DNA of 61,425 nucleotides, from the NCBI GenBank assembly GCA_964499705.1, contig CAZCME010000005.1, positions 186,001 through 247,425 of the forward strand, written 5' to 3'. Below the pieces are notes generated by a model. It had not been told where the DNA came from. It saw nothing but the letters and a program-made list of their open reading frames with translations, and ran no database searches. Both the position numbers and the translations under genes were made by a program. Positions 1 through 10,700 of the stretch are shown here, one piece after another (position 1 is the first letter of the stretch; each line of letters opens with the position of its first letter). This DNA comes from an uncultured bacterium. Its GTDB lineage: Bacteria; UBA8481.

Positions 1-1
1 C

Positions 2-331
2 GGCCGTACCAAGTCCTATTCGCTCCCGAATTCGACCGCCGTAACGACATTCCCCAACCGCCCGCAGCGTTTCAATTCCGGCGGCATCCGGGCTCTCTAC
101 AGCATCTCCCAGTATGTCAAGATCAACGCGGGCTTTGGCGTGAATTTCCAGAATGACGAGGATCTCGAGGAGGGAGCGCTCTTCTTCCTCCGCGAAGGCC
201 TGGCCAGGGCCAGGCGCGGTTCCAATGCGGTCGCCGGCCCGATCACGCGTACCATGGACCAGGTGCTCTACGCCGAGGACATTCTCGCGAAAGAGCGAAG
301 ATTCGAATTGAATCTCGATGCCAGATTCTAG
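2..331 (+). CDS. 3' end of a probable outer-membrane beta-barrel protein (5'-truncated by window edge)
   Basis: Frame is open from position 2 (GRTKSYSLP...GIRALYSISQYVKINAGFGVNF...RRFELNLDARF*). It shows alternating amphipathic strands and a C-terminal Phe beta-signal. Confidence 0.6.
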   Translation, partial: GRTKSYSLPNSTAVTTFPNRPQRFNSGGIRALYSISQYVKINAGFGVNFQNDEDLEEGALFFLREGLARARRGSNAVAGPITRTMDQVLYAEDILAKERRFELNLDARF

Positions 332-344
332 AAGGAGGCTCATC

Positions 345-797
345 ATGATCCGTCGCTTGTTGCTGTTTTGCGCCGTTGGCCTGATATCAACGGGTTGCAC
401 CACCGTCGTCGCGGAACGGTTGGAATCCGCCAAGACCGTCGATGACGGCACCGGATACATCTTCATCTACGACGACATGTCCGCGACCGATGTCTATCTC
501 GCTGGCGAGATGAACCGTTGGGGTCCGAACGACGGTGGAAAAATCAGGAAGGGCGACAAGTACAACATCAAGTTCAAGCGGCGCGAGGACGGCATCTGGC
601 AGGCCGTGGTGCCCTATAAAGAACATGTGAAGCTTCCTCAATACGACACGCTCGATGACGAGGTCTACGTGGAGCACGGCAACCGGTATCGTTACAAGAT
701 CGTCATCGACGGCGATCGCTGGATCGCGGACCCGAACAACCGGAGCATTCTCCGGGATCCCGACGGGAACGAAAATTCCCTGCTTGTTGCACCCTGA
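345..797 (+). CDS. Lipoprotein with CBM48/AMPK-type glycogen-binding domain
   Basis: AAGGAGG RBS before ATG 345; lipobox ISTG-C; motifs VYLAGEMNRW, DGIWQAVVP and YRYKIVIDGDRWIADPNN are typical of CBM48/E-set domains. Confidence 0.8.
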   Translation: MIRRLLLFCAVGLISTGCTTVVAERLESAKTVDDGTGYIFIYDDMSATDVYLAGEMNRWGPNDGGKIRKGDKYNIKFKRREDGIWQAVVPYKEHVKLPQYDTLDDEVYVEHGNRYRYKIVIDGDRWIADPNNRSILRDPDGNENSLLVAP

Positions 798-821
798 GCC
801 GACCACAGGAATGATCACCGG

Positions 822-3095
822 ATGAACAACGCGACGCGGCGAAGCGCAGGGCTCATTATCCTAGGCGCGCTGCTTTTGTTCATCGTCAAGATGGATGCGC
901 AGACATCGCCCTCGACATATGTCGGTGGACAACTCGTCGTATTACCGCGCGACGGCAATGCTATCGCCAGCCTTCACGCCCTGGGATACACAAGTTTATC
1001 CGCCATCACAGGAACCGGTTATCGGGTCATGGGAATACGGCCTGGTCTTTCGGAGGCGGCGGCGCTGTCCGAGCTTCTGGGCCGCGGCGATATCATCTCG
1101 GCCGACTATAATCGCATAGCCCGCGCTTTTCTAACCCCGAACGATCCTTCTTTCGCTCTGCAATATCATCTCGCCATCACCCGATGCACCGAAGCGTGGG
1201 ATATTACTCAGGGTTCATCATCCGATACGATCGCTGTCGTCGATTCAGGAGGCGACACAAAACATCTCGATCTCGTGGGTCGCGTCGTCTTCGCGGCCGG
1301 CAGCGATATTCTTGACGGGGATAGTGATCCTTCAGAACCAACGACGGGTGGTGGTCACGCCACGCTAGTGTCCGGCACAGTCGCGGCCACCACCGACAAT
1401 GCCACGGATGTGTCCGGCGTGGATTGGAATTCCCGCCTGCTCTTCGTCCGAGTTCTCGGCACAAACGGCAGCGGTAGTTTTTCCAACATTGCTAATGGCA
1501 TCTTGAATGCGGTTTCGCACAAGGCCACGGTCATCAACCTGTCACTGGGCGATACGAACGTCGTTCCGGCCACCATCGATGTCGTGGAATACGCTCTCCT
1601 GGCCGCCCGCAACGCCGGCATCATCGTTTCCATCGCCACAGGAAACTCAGCTTCATCAGGTTTTGAGACGGTTGCATACCCGGGCAATTCACTGCATGCC
1701 ATCGGGGTCGGCGCGTCGACATCGGCCGATTTGAGAGCCACGTTTTCCGAATTCAAGAAGCCCGACAGCCTTAAGGGCGTCGATGTCGTCGCGCCCGGTC
1801 AAACGATCCTGACACTGAGTCCTGGGTTCGGCACCACGACCGTGGACGGCACATCCTTCTCGGCGCCCATCGTGTCCGGGTTGGCCACACTCTTGAAATC
1901 CATCAGGCGCGAGTACACACCGGCGAATTTTCTGACGCTGATTCGAGCCACGGCCAAAGACATCAACACGGCGGGATTCGACGCGGAAACAGGCCACGGC
2001 CGCGTCGATGCCCTGAACATGCTCCGCACAGCGCAGAACAACACCGTCTTTCCCTTCGCCAACGATTCCAACGCGTACCGCGTCGACCTCTTCAACGGGA
2101 CGCTCGGAGACGTCCGCACTGCCACCGCATCCACAACGACCGGACGCCAGGGACGCAGCGGCGTCGCGATTTCAGGCGACAATATCTTCGTGGGATATGA
2201 TTCCTCCGTAAACAAGGACACCGGCTCCGTAGAATTCTACGTCCGCTTCGATTCGGCTCAGCCGTCCGAAACGCGCTATATCCTCACGCAGCATGGTTCG
2301 GCCGCCAAACCGAAAGGCAGCCTCGATCTCATCCTCACTTCCGACTCGAAGCTCCAGTTCAGTCTCCAGGATTCCGGCGTCATCACGTCGCAGACGACGT
2401 TGCGCCCGGGGCAGTGGTACCATGTCGGGCTTACTTACGGACCCAAGGGCATGATTCTCCACGTCAACGGCGAATCGGAAGCGTCGCGGCTCGTGACCGG
2501 AGGGCCGACACCCGCGGATACGATCTATGTCGGCGCGCCGACCGCCTTCGGAGGTGCCCGATCCGCCCGCTGCCAGGTCGATGCTCTGCGATTTTCCAAG
2601 ACACAACGCATCATCTTCGCAAGCGCCCTGGCGACGAAGATATGGAGCCTCTCCTCGCGCGCCATCAACGCCGTCAATGTCAGTTGGACGGCGCTTAAGA
2701 ACGATACGACGGGCGTCCTCGTCAATATTTACGCGGACATGGATTCGAGCGGCTATGACGGCGTGCTGCTTGCCTCCAACGTCGCCAACGACGGCCAGGA
2801 ATCGGTCGCTCTCGATCTGCTGGCGACCAACGGCGATCCGTTCTATATCTACGTGGAGGCGTACGACTCGTCCTTTCCATCCGAGCGGGCGCTCGCATAC
2901 TCTGATACCGCCTTCCAGGGCTTCTCTCCCCTGGCCGCGCTTCTTTCTTCCTCGGCACCCGCTACCGACCAATTCTGCCTCGTCTCCTCCTGGCACATTC
3001 CGAGAGTTCTTCCCTGGCTGCGGTTAGCCCGGGAATACATTCTGGACAAGGAAATCGGTAGACTCTTCACGCGCCTCTATTATCTTCTCGGCTGA
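822..3095 (+). CDS. Exported S8 (subtilisin-like) serine peptidase with LamG-like domain and CFI-box-CTERM-like C-terminal tail
   Basis: Signal peptide; triad motifs VVDSG, GHAT and DGTSFSAP; LamG-type GQWYHVGLTY...LHVNG; tail FCLVSS...LRLAREYILDKEIGRLFTRLYY. Confidence 0.85.
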   Translation: MNNATRRSAGLIILGALLLFIVKMDAQTSPSTYVGGQLVVLPRDGNAIASLHALGYTSLSAITGTGYRVMGIRPGLSEAAALSELLGRGDIISADYNRIARAFLTPNDPSFALQYHLAITRCTEAWDITQGSSSDTIAVVDSGGDTKHLDLVGRVVFAAGSDILDGDSDPSEPTTGGGHATLVSGTVAATTDNATDVSGVDWNSRLLFVRVLGTNGSGSFSNIANGILNAVSHKATVINLSLGDTNVVPATIDVVEYALLAARNAGIIVSIATGNSASSGFETVAYPGNSLHAIGVGASTSADLRATFSEFKKPDSLKGVDVVAPGQTILTLSPGFGTTTVDGTSFSAPIVSGLATLLKSIRREYTPANFLTLIRATAKDINTAGFDAETGHGRVDALNMLRTAQNNTVFPFANDSNAYRVDLFNGTLGDVRTATASTTTGRQGRSGVAISGDNIFVGYDSSVNKDTGSVEFYVRFDSAQPSETRYILTQHGSAAKPKGSLDLILTSDSKLQFSLQDSGVITSQTTLRPGQWYHVGLTYGPKGMILHVNGESEASRLVTGGPTPADTIYVGAPTAFGGARSARCQVDALRFSKTQRIIFASALATKIWSLSSRAINAVNVSWTALKNDTTGVLVNIYADMDSSGYDGVLLASNVANDGQESVALDLLATNGDPFYIYVEAYDSSFPSERALAYSDTAFQGFSPLAALLSSSAPATDQFCLVSSWHIPRVLPWLRLAREYILDKEIGRLFTRLYYLLG

Positions 3096-3097
3096 CG

Positions 3098-4468
3098 ATG
3101 AATTCCAAACCTCAATCTTCACTAACGAATCGTGCGTCAGGTCGTGTATTCCGCCCCGGAAGGGAGCTCGTCTACCAGATCTTCCCCGACCGGTGGAAGA
3201 ACGCCCGGCCCGACCGGAATCCCGCGGACGGGTCGTGGAACTGGAAGAAGGAGCCCGTTCGCTTCACGACCGATCATTCGCTCCTGACCGGTCAGCGCAC
3301 CGATCAGTACCACTTCTTCGGCGGCGATCTCGAAGGCGTGAGAGAGAGTCTGCCGTATCTCCAGGATCTCGGCGTCACCGCCGTCTACATGACGCCGATC
3401 TTCCAGGCACGATCGACGCATCGATACGACGCGGTCGATTACATGACCATCGATCCTGCGCTTGGCACGAGGGAGGATTTCGAAGCGCTCGCCGGGGATC
3501 TGCGGAAACGAAAGATGAAGCTCGTCCTCGACGGTGTCCTGAATCACACCTCGGAGGAACACCCATGGCATACGGATCCGGATATGAGGAAGGAGCATTA
3601 CATCATGAAGGCGGACGGACAGCCGATGTCGTGGCTCAATCACGGCAGCCTCCCTAAGCTCGATCCGCAGAATCCGCAGGTGGCGAAAAAACTTCTGGAA
3701 GTTCTCGACGCATGGCCGGAAGCCGACCTCTGGAGACTCGACGCGGCGCATCTCCTGCCGCAGGAATTCCTCCGGCAACTGCGCTCGCACGTCGCGCCGA
3801 GGCCGATTCTCATCGAGGACTGGAGCTACTGCCCGCACTATTTCCGGAAGAATATCGCGGACGCCGTCACGAATTTTCTCTTCCGCGACGCGGTCCGCAC
3901 GTTCTTCATCCAGGACGCCTCGCCGGAAACGCTTCTCGAACGGCTCGAAATCTGGATCCGGACTTATCCGCGCCGGAACCTCGGCCTCTCGTGGAACTTC
4001 CTCGACAACCATGACACCGAGCGTTTCATCTCCCTCGCCGGTCGAGACAGCCTGATGCGAGCGCTGGTTCTCCTCTTCACGCTCCCCGGCACTCCCATGC
4101 TCTATCACGGTTGCGAGGTCGGAATGAAGGGAAAGACGACCGGCGAGTCGCGCGCTCCGATGGAATGGGATGAATCGAAATGGGATCGCGGGATCTTCGA
4201 CCACGTGAAGTCGCTTGCGAAACTCCGCCGCGAGCATCCCGTACTAGCAACCGGCGGATTCACACCCCTCTTCGCCGACAACCGGTCGCGAGCGTTCGCG
4301 TTCGAGCGGACGGACAGGGCGTCTCGCGCGGTCATCGCTCTGAATGACGGTTATCTTCCGGGATGTTTTCATGACCAGGGAACAGATTGGACCCTGGATC
4401 CAGGTTCATGGCGGATCGAGATTACCGAGAAACATCACCCGGTCACCGTTCTGGTGTTCAGCGCATAG
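3098..4468 (+). CDS. Cytoplasmic GH13 glycosidase (neopullulanase/cyclomaltodextrinase/maltodextrin glucosidase-like)
   Basis: Motifs YQIFPDR, GGDLEG, DGVLNH, WRLDAAH (nucleophile), IEDW (acid/base) and FLDNHDT; no signal peptide. Confidence 0.9.
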   Translation: MNSKPQSSLTNRASGRVFRPGRELVYQIFPDRWKNARPDRNPADGSWNWKKEPVRFTTDHSLLTGQRTDQYHFFGGDLEGVRESLPYLQDLGVTAVYMTPIFQARSTHRYDAVDYMTIDPALGTREDFEALAGDLRKRKMKLVLDGVLNHTSEEHPWHTDPDMRKEHYIMKADGQPMSWLNHGSLPKLDPQNPQVAKKLLEVLDAWPEADLWRLDAAHLLPQEFLRQLRSHVAPRPILIEDWSYCPHYFRKNIADAVTNFLFRDAVRTFFIQDASPETLLERLEIWIRTYPRRNLGLSWNFLDNHDTERFISLAGRDSLMRALVLLFTLPGTPMLYHGCEVGMKGKTTGESRAPMEWDESKWDRGIFDHVKSLAKLRREHPVLATGGFTPLFADNRSRAFAFERTDRASRAVIALNDGYLPGCFHDQGTDWTLDPGSWRIEITEKHHPVTVLVFSA

Positions 4469-4603
4469 CGGGCGACATGTTTTCAGATGTGAGGTTCTCG
4501 GCGGCCCAGCACCACCTGATCAGCCGTAATCAACCGTTCTAAATCTTGTATTTTCATAGGGGTAGCCCAAGTCGAATAGTTTAGTAAAAATGATTACATT
4601 GCA

Positions 4604-4633
4604 TTGCAAAATCTGAATATTTCTTGATATAAT
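4604..4633 (+). promoter_or_regulatory. Sigma70-type promoter for the giant GH13 gene
   Basis: TTGCAA-N18-TATAAT with extended -10 TG, in an AT-rich intergenic region; overlapped by the palindrome TTGCAnTGCAA (4599-4609). Confidence 0.65.
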
Positions 4634-4763
4634 TGCCCTCTCATGCGACCAGATTTGCAATCAACTTGTCTTCGTGTTCATTTTGTCGTGAATGTTCACC
4701 TGGTCCCATGCAAATAGGTTCATTTTTTCCGTCTCAACGATCATCAAGGGTCAGAGAATTTTA

Positions 4764-7700
4764 ATGCGCAATTTCACTGCAAAGTTGTCACTGATTTCCC
4801 TCTCCGCCTTCACTCTCGCCTTGATTTTCCCCTCGCCCGCATCCGCGCTCGCCTCGATCCGTGTCACAGGATCCTTCAATGGTTTTTCGATTAACGATAC
4901 GGCCATGTCCACCGGAACCGGGCCCGATGCCGGGCGCTGGAAGTTGACCGCGCAGATTTTCTACACGTCGGCGGCTTCCGACACGGCATGGAAATTCGTC
5001 GCGCCCGTCGGATCATGGGCAACCGACCACTGGGGCGGTAATGGCGCGGGTGCTGACATCGCGATGCCGGCGTTCAACACGATCTTCGCCGCGAACCACA
5101 ACGGCGGAGCGGGCGCGGAATCTGGGAAATGGACCGGAGCCTGGGACTCGAACAAGTGGTATACATTCCGCTTCGCCGACGCGGGCTCCGCCAGCACGAA
5201 TGCAACGGTGATGCAGACGGACAATGCCCCCATCTCCATTTCCACCGTTACCCCGGCAACCACTCCCTATGCCTATATTCCCGCTCGCGTCAACGTCACG
5301 ATCTCCGGAGCAAAAAGCCAGCAGGAAAAAGTCATCGTCCGTTACACCGTCAACGGCTGGATCACTTCCGACACCGTGCTCTGCGATTCCACGGCCGCCA
5401 CCGCCTACTACGCCGATATTCCCGGCTTCGCCGCCGGCACAAAGGTCATCTACTACGTGCTCACTTCCACGGCCGCCACCTCCACGGACTGGGATCTCCA
5501 GACTCTTGCTTACAACACCAACGGCGGCTCCAATTACACCTACACGGTCCTTCCTCCCAACGTCACTCACCACACGGTCTATCCTCCCACGGGTGTCTAC
5601 GGCCGCTATGGAGGCGGATCCCAGTTCGCGGGCTCGGAACGCGTCCGCACAACGGCTGGTGCCACGGCCTACCTGACCTGGGACACCAACAACATCTATG
5701 CGGCCTTCACGGGCGGCACCGGAAATACTGACAGCTACATCGTCATGGTGGATACCAATCCGGGCATCGCGTCCGGCGCCTTGCCGACCGACACATACGC
5801 GGGCCGAGGCTATTGGGGCAACACCTTCCGACCGGATGTCGCGTTCACCGCGGCCTCTAGCGTCCTTCGGCGGCAAGCGGCCAACACGGCCGGAACCTGG
5901 CAGATTCCCACGGATGTCACGGCGTCCTGCACATCCTTATTCGGCTACGACTCCGGCGCGGGAGCGGCCGACTCCATCGTGATCGGGATCCCGCGCTCGC
6001 TCGTCGGACTCGCCAATCCGACCGATTCCGCCGCCTTCTGGATCTACGCCGTCTCTTCGCCGAGCACTGTCTGGGCCATCTTTGACAGCACCACCGACGG
6101 CAAGCTCTATACGACAGGCACCGATTCCGGGATGATTCTGTTTGAAACTTCGAGCATACCCTCGGCTCCGCCTTCTCCCATCGCTCCGACAGACGGCCAA
6201 ACCACCGTCGCGTCGCGCCGACCCACGATCTCGTGGAACGTCGCGACACCCGGCGATCCGGCGGATTCCATCATCGATTACTATTTCGAGATCGCGACCG
6301 ACTCGAACTTTTCAGATACCACAAGCTTCCCTCTCGAAGTCGGATGGCGCGGCGCCACGAATTCCATAACCTGCACGACAACCCTTGCGGCGAACACCTG
6401 GTATTACTGGCGCGTCAAGGCCAAGGAAACAGGCGGCGGCGTGGGGTCCTTCTCCTCGTCATGGAGCTTCAAGATCAACACCATCATCGCCGTCGACGGG
6501 TCTCTCACCGACTGGAATTCCACGGAGAAGTTTCCGACGTTGAACGCCAACGGCTTCTACCTCACGTGGGACTCCACCTACCTCTACGGCGCGTGGGACC
6601 GCGGAACCACTTTTGAGACGACGGATGTGGTCTTCATGTACATCGATACCGCCGCCGGCGGATCCTCATCGGCCATCAACTGGAACGGCGGCGGTTCCCA
6701 TCTTCTGCCGTTCAGCGCCGACATAGAGATCAACTATCGGCAGAGAAATCTCTCGCAGGACTTCGATTACCAGGTCTGGAACGGCGCCGGCTGGACCTTC
6801 AAAGACACCGCCGGCACGGAATACAAGAACGGCACCACCAATGTCCTGGAGTGGTCCGTCCCGTGGTCGATCATCGGGCCGGCGACAACGCAGTTCAAGG
6901 TCATCATGTATGTCGAGAATGAATACAATTCCAATTATATGTTTTCTCCCGCTCCCGCCACGAATCCGCAGGGCGCGGCGCCGCAGGAATTTTCCGCCTA
7001 CCTCCAGTTTGACCGCAGCACCATGAACTCCTCCTCGAACGACCGCTACTACTACCGCTCATCGCGAACCTGGCAGGCTGAAGCGCCGTCGCCGGCTTCC
7101 TTCAGTCCCATCGTGGACGGCATCAAGGATGCCGCATGGGGCAACACACCGTCGGCAACCTCCTCGTCTTATCGTCTTCCGGCGCCCGGATACGGGGACA
7201 CGAATCCTCCGATGACCGTCGCCGCGGGCGGGCTCTGCCGCGACGTGTATGTCACCAACGACGCGCAATGGCTGTATATCGGATGGCAGGCGACTGGTGA
7301 CGTATTCGCGCTCGATGAGCCGGGGCAGACCGCGCAGTCCGCTCACTACGGCTTCGCCATCACCGATACCAGTTCCTACGGTTCTCCCCAGGATCCGTGG
7401 AAATCGGGCGGGACCACTTTCGTTTCTGGTTACGGAGCCGATGTCTGGACCAACCTCTTCGCGAATTTCAACGTGACCACCTACAGCGACTGCAACCGCT
7501 ACACCACGCTGGGCGCCGCCTGGAACGTCAGCGCAATCACCGTCGCCAACCAGGATTACGGCGGCTACCTCCCTTCCATCGCTCAAGGATGGGGCGAGAT
7601 CCGGATCCCATTGTCCAACATCAGCCCGACTCTCAGGATCGGCGACTCCATCGCCATCATCCACTACAGCCGGCACAACGGTTCGAAGGGCGGGGCGGAC

Positions 7701-10700
7701 GACGCGACGCCGTTTATCTCATCCGGGACTAGCGACTGGGCCGTTTCGAATGCCCATCTTCAATTTCGCGACACCGCGGTGATCGTGTATGCCATCAAGC
7801 GGGGCGTGATCGATGCGTCGCACATTCCGGACACGACTCCCGTCCAGGGACTGCGCCTCATGCGCTACCCCGAAACTACGACCGTGGGTGTTCCGGCGAA
7901 TCTTCTCCTGAAAGCCAAGCCGACAGGGATCGTAACCAGTGCGACAGTGATTTATTCGACGGACTCCGGCGGCGCCTGGACCAGCGTGGCGCTGGCGGAG
8001 GAAGTCACCAGCGGTGAAGCGACGTATTGGTCCGGCTTCCTGCCCTCTTTTGTCAAGGATTCGATCGTTCTCTATTATTTCGCGATCAACTCTTCCCAGA
8101 TGACAACCTACCTCTATGGCGCGGACACCTGGTCCGTTCCCACCGCGTCCCAGGCGACCGCCATCGCCAATCCATTCCGATTTTCGATCAGCAACGCCGC
8201 GCCCACTCCGCCGACATCCGTTGATATCACGCCGCGCGTGCCGACCGGTAACGACACTCTGGTGGTCACGACATCCGGCGGAGCCGATTCCGATGCCGTC
8301 GATCTACTTCGCTACACCTTCTCGTGGTACAGAAACGGCGTCTTCCAATTCTCCTCCGTCGATTCCTATGCCCCCTACACCTCGGAGGTCTCTCCCGCCC
8401 TGACCTCCGCGGGCGACACCTGGTCCGTGCTGGTTACCTTGAGCGACGGTTGGGATACGACGGCGAGCGTTTCAGGACCGATCGTCAGGATATCCACGAT
8501 GGCGGTCTGGTCCGGAGCACTGCCGTCGGAAGCCAACCGGGCCACTCAATCCACGACCGGCGGCATCACTGAATGGATCTGGAGAGATCGGACCGGCGAA
8601 GCGTTTGGCGCCACGGACGCATACGATCTCCGCGAAGTTCGCGTTCAGGCGGACACCACATATATGTATTTCCTCTTCCGCATGGGATCGTACCCGCTGG
8701 ACGGCGTTCATGTGGCCGTGGCCATCGATACCACGAACGGTTCGCCGGGCGGCAATGAGATCGGCGACCAGACATCCACGCTGTTGGATTCCGGTATCCT
8801 CTCCCCGCCCATGCGATACGAGCGTCAGTTCATCGTTCACGCCGTGACCCCGGGATCCCTGAGCGTGGAACTTGACACGGCCGCCGGGGCCGGCAACAAC
8901 TGGATCAGCCCCCCCGGCGGAAGCGTGATCAGCGCGGATCCTGTCGCGGGTCTCGTCGAAGTGCGTCTCAGCCGAGCCGACCTCATGTTGAACGGCACCT
9001 GCACTCCCCGTTTCGCGTTCGCGACCTTTGGAAACTTTCTCGGGGCAGCCGCCACGGCGAACACTTCCGGATTTACCGGTTACAGTAATCCATCGGATGT
9101 CCTCGATGCCGTCTCCAGAACCAAAACGGGCCTCAACGATACCCGGCACTTCACGATTGGTTCGACGGAGGACTTCGACGACGCGGACCTCGACTTCGCT
9201 CCTCAGATCAATCTCTGGGACACCTCCGTCGCTCCGAATATGCCTCCCGGATCCACGCCGTTGGAACTTCCCGCGACGGGAGACACGGTCTACTCGAATC
9301 CGCCGACGCTCACGTGGAGCACTCCCGCTGACACGGATGCCGGCGACACGATCATCGCCTATATCGTTGAATTCGCCGACTCCGGAACCCCGCTGGACGG
9401 AAACGTCCTCTATCGCGTTTCCATCGCCGCCAGCGGCCTGACCTTGTATTCCATCCCTGACTTCATTCCGGACAGCATCTACTACACCTGGCGCGTTCGT
9501 CCCGTGGATCGCGCGGGCAACATCGGCGAGGGCGCCCCCCAGACGTTCTTTCTGCATGACGCCACCAGCATCCTCGTCAACTCGCCGACCGACCTGCAGA
9601 ACATGAACAACATGCGCCGCATGAACGGAGATGAAGTGGCGGGCACGACGATCCGCTGGAACTGGGTGGGCGCGACGCACTCCGACAGCGCCCCGATAAC
9701 CGCGTACGTGATCCAGATCGATACGTCGACGAGCTTCACGAGCCCGATCGACTCCCGCACGCTTCCCAATACGGCCCGTCTCTATACCTGGACAAGCGCT
9801 CAGCGGGGCTACACGTATTACGCCCGCATCCTCGCCTACGACACGGGAACAGGAATCGGGACGTCCCCGACTTCGGACGGCATCTACGTCTCGCGCCGGG
9901 AAGTCAACGGGGATTCGTCGGACTGGGCTCCCACGGGAGGCTACGCCTTCCTGTCAGCCAATCTGAACGCCTCCTACGCGGAGGGGATCTGGACGGACTC
10001 CAACGGCGACCAGAGAGGCGACGTCGCGAACTCCACGTCGCGCGACATCGTTCAGTTTCAAGTCACCGCTGATCCCTATAACCTGTATTTCCTCGTTCCG
10101 ACCACCGCCTTCGTCGACGGCGCCACGCTCGGACAGATCGCCATCTCGTACGAAAACTCCTCGGACGTGCGCGCCTTCCAGGGAAACGGCACATACTCGG
10201 AAGACTCCTTCACCACCACAAAATGGGCGTGGGAGAATCTCGTCCGCTGGCGAACAGGAAACGACGACTGTTTCGCGATGAACACGTATTACACCGCGAC
10301 GCCGGCTCGCTACACGGAAAACACATCGTCGAAATACGTGGAACTCTGTGTTCCTTTCTCGGCGATCGGCGGAAGCGATAATATCCTCGGACGCCAGGTG
10401 GCCTTTACTGTAGCTTCGTTCTACAACAACGGCGGCGCCGTCGGAACCAATGGCGCGGGAAACTCAAATGTCGTGGACGCCGTTTCCTCCGGATTGTCCA
10501 CCTGGCCGGATGAGGTCAACGGTTCGGATCCCATTGTCAACTACACGCTCCTGACCACCTTCGACACCGGTGGCCGCGTCACGGCTTTCTCCGGCGGTCT
10601 CGAGACCGCTTCGTATACTCCGAATCTGCCGACTCAAAACGGCGACCCGGTACAGTCTCAGCTGGATCTCATCATGTACAACGTCTTCATCGATCGCTTC

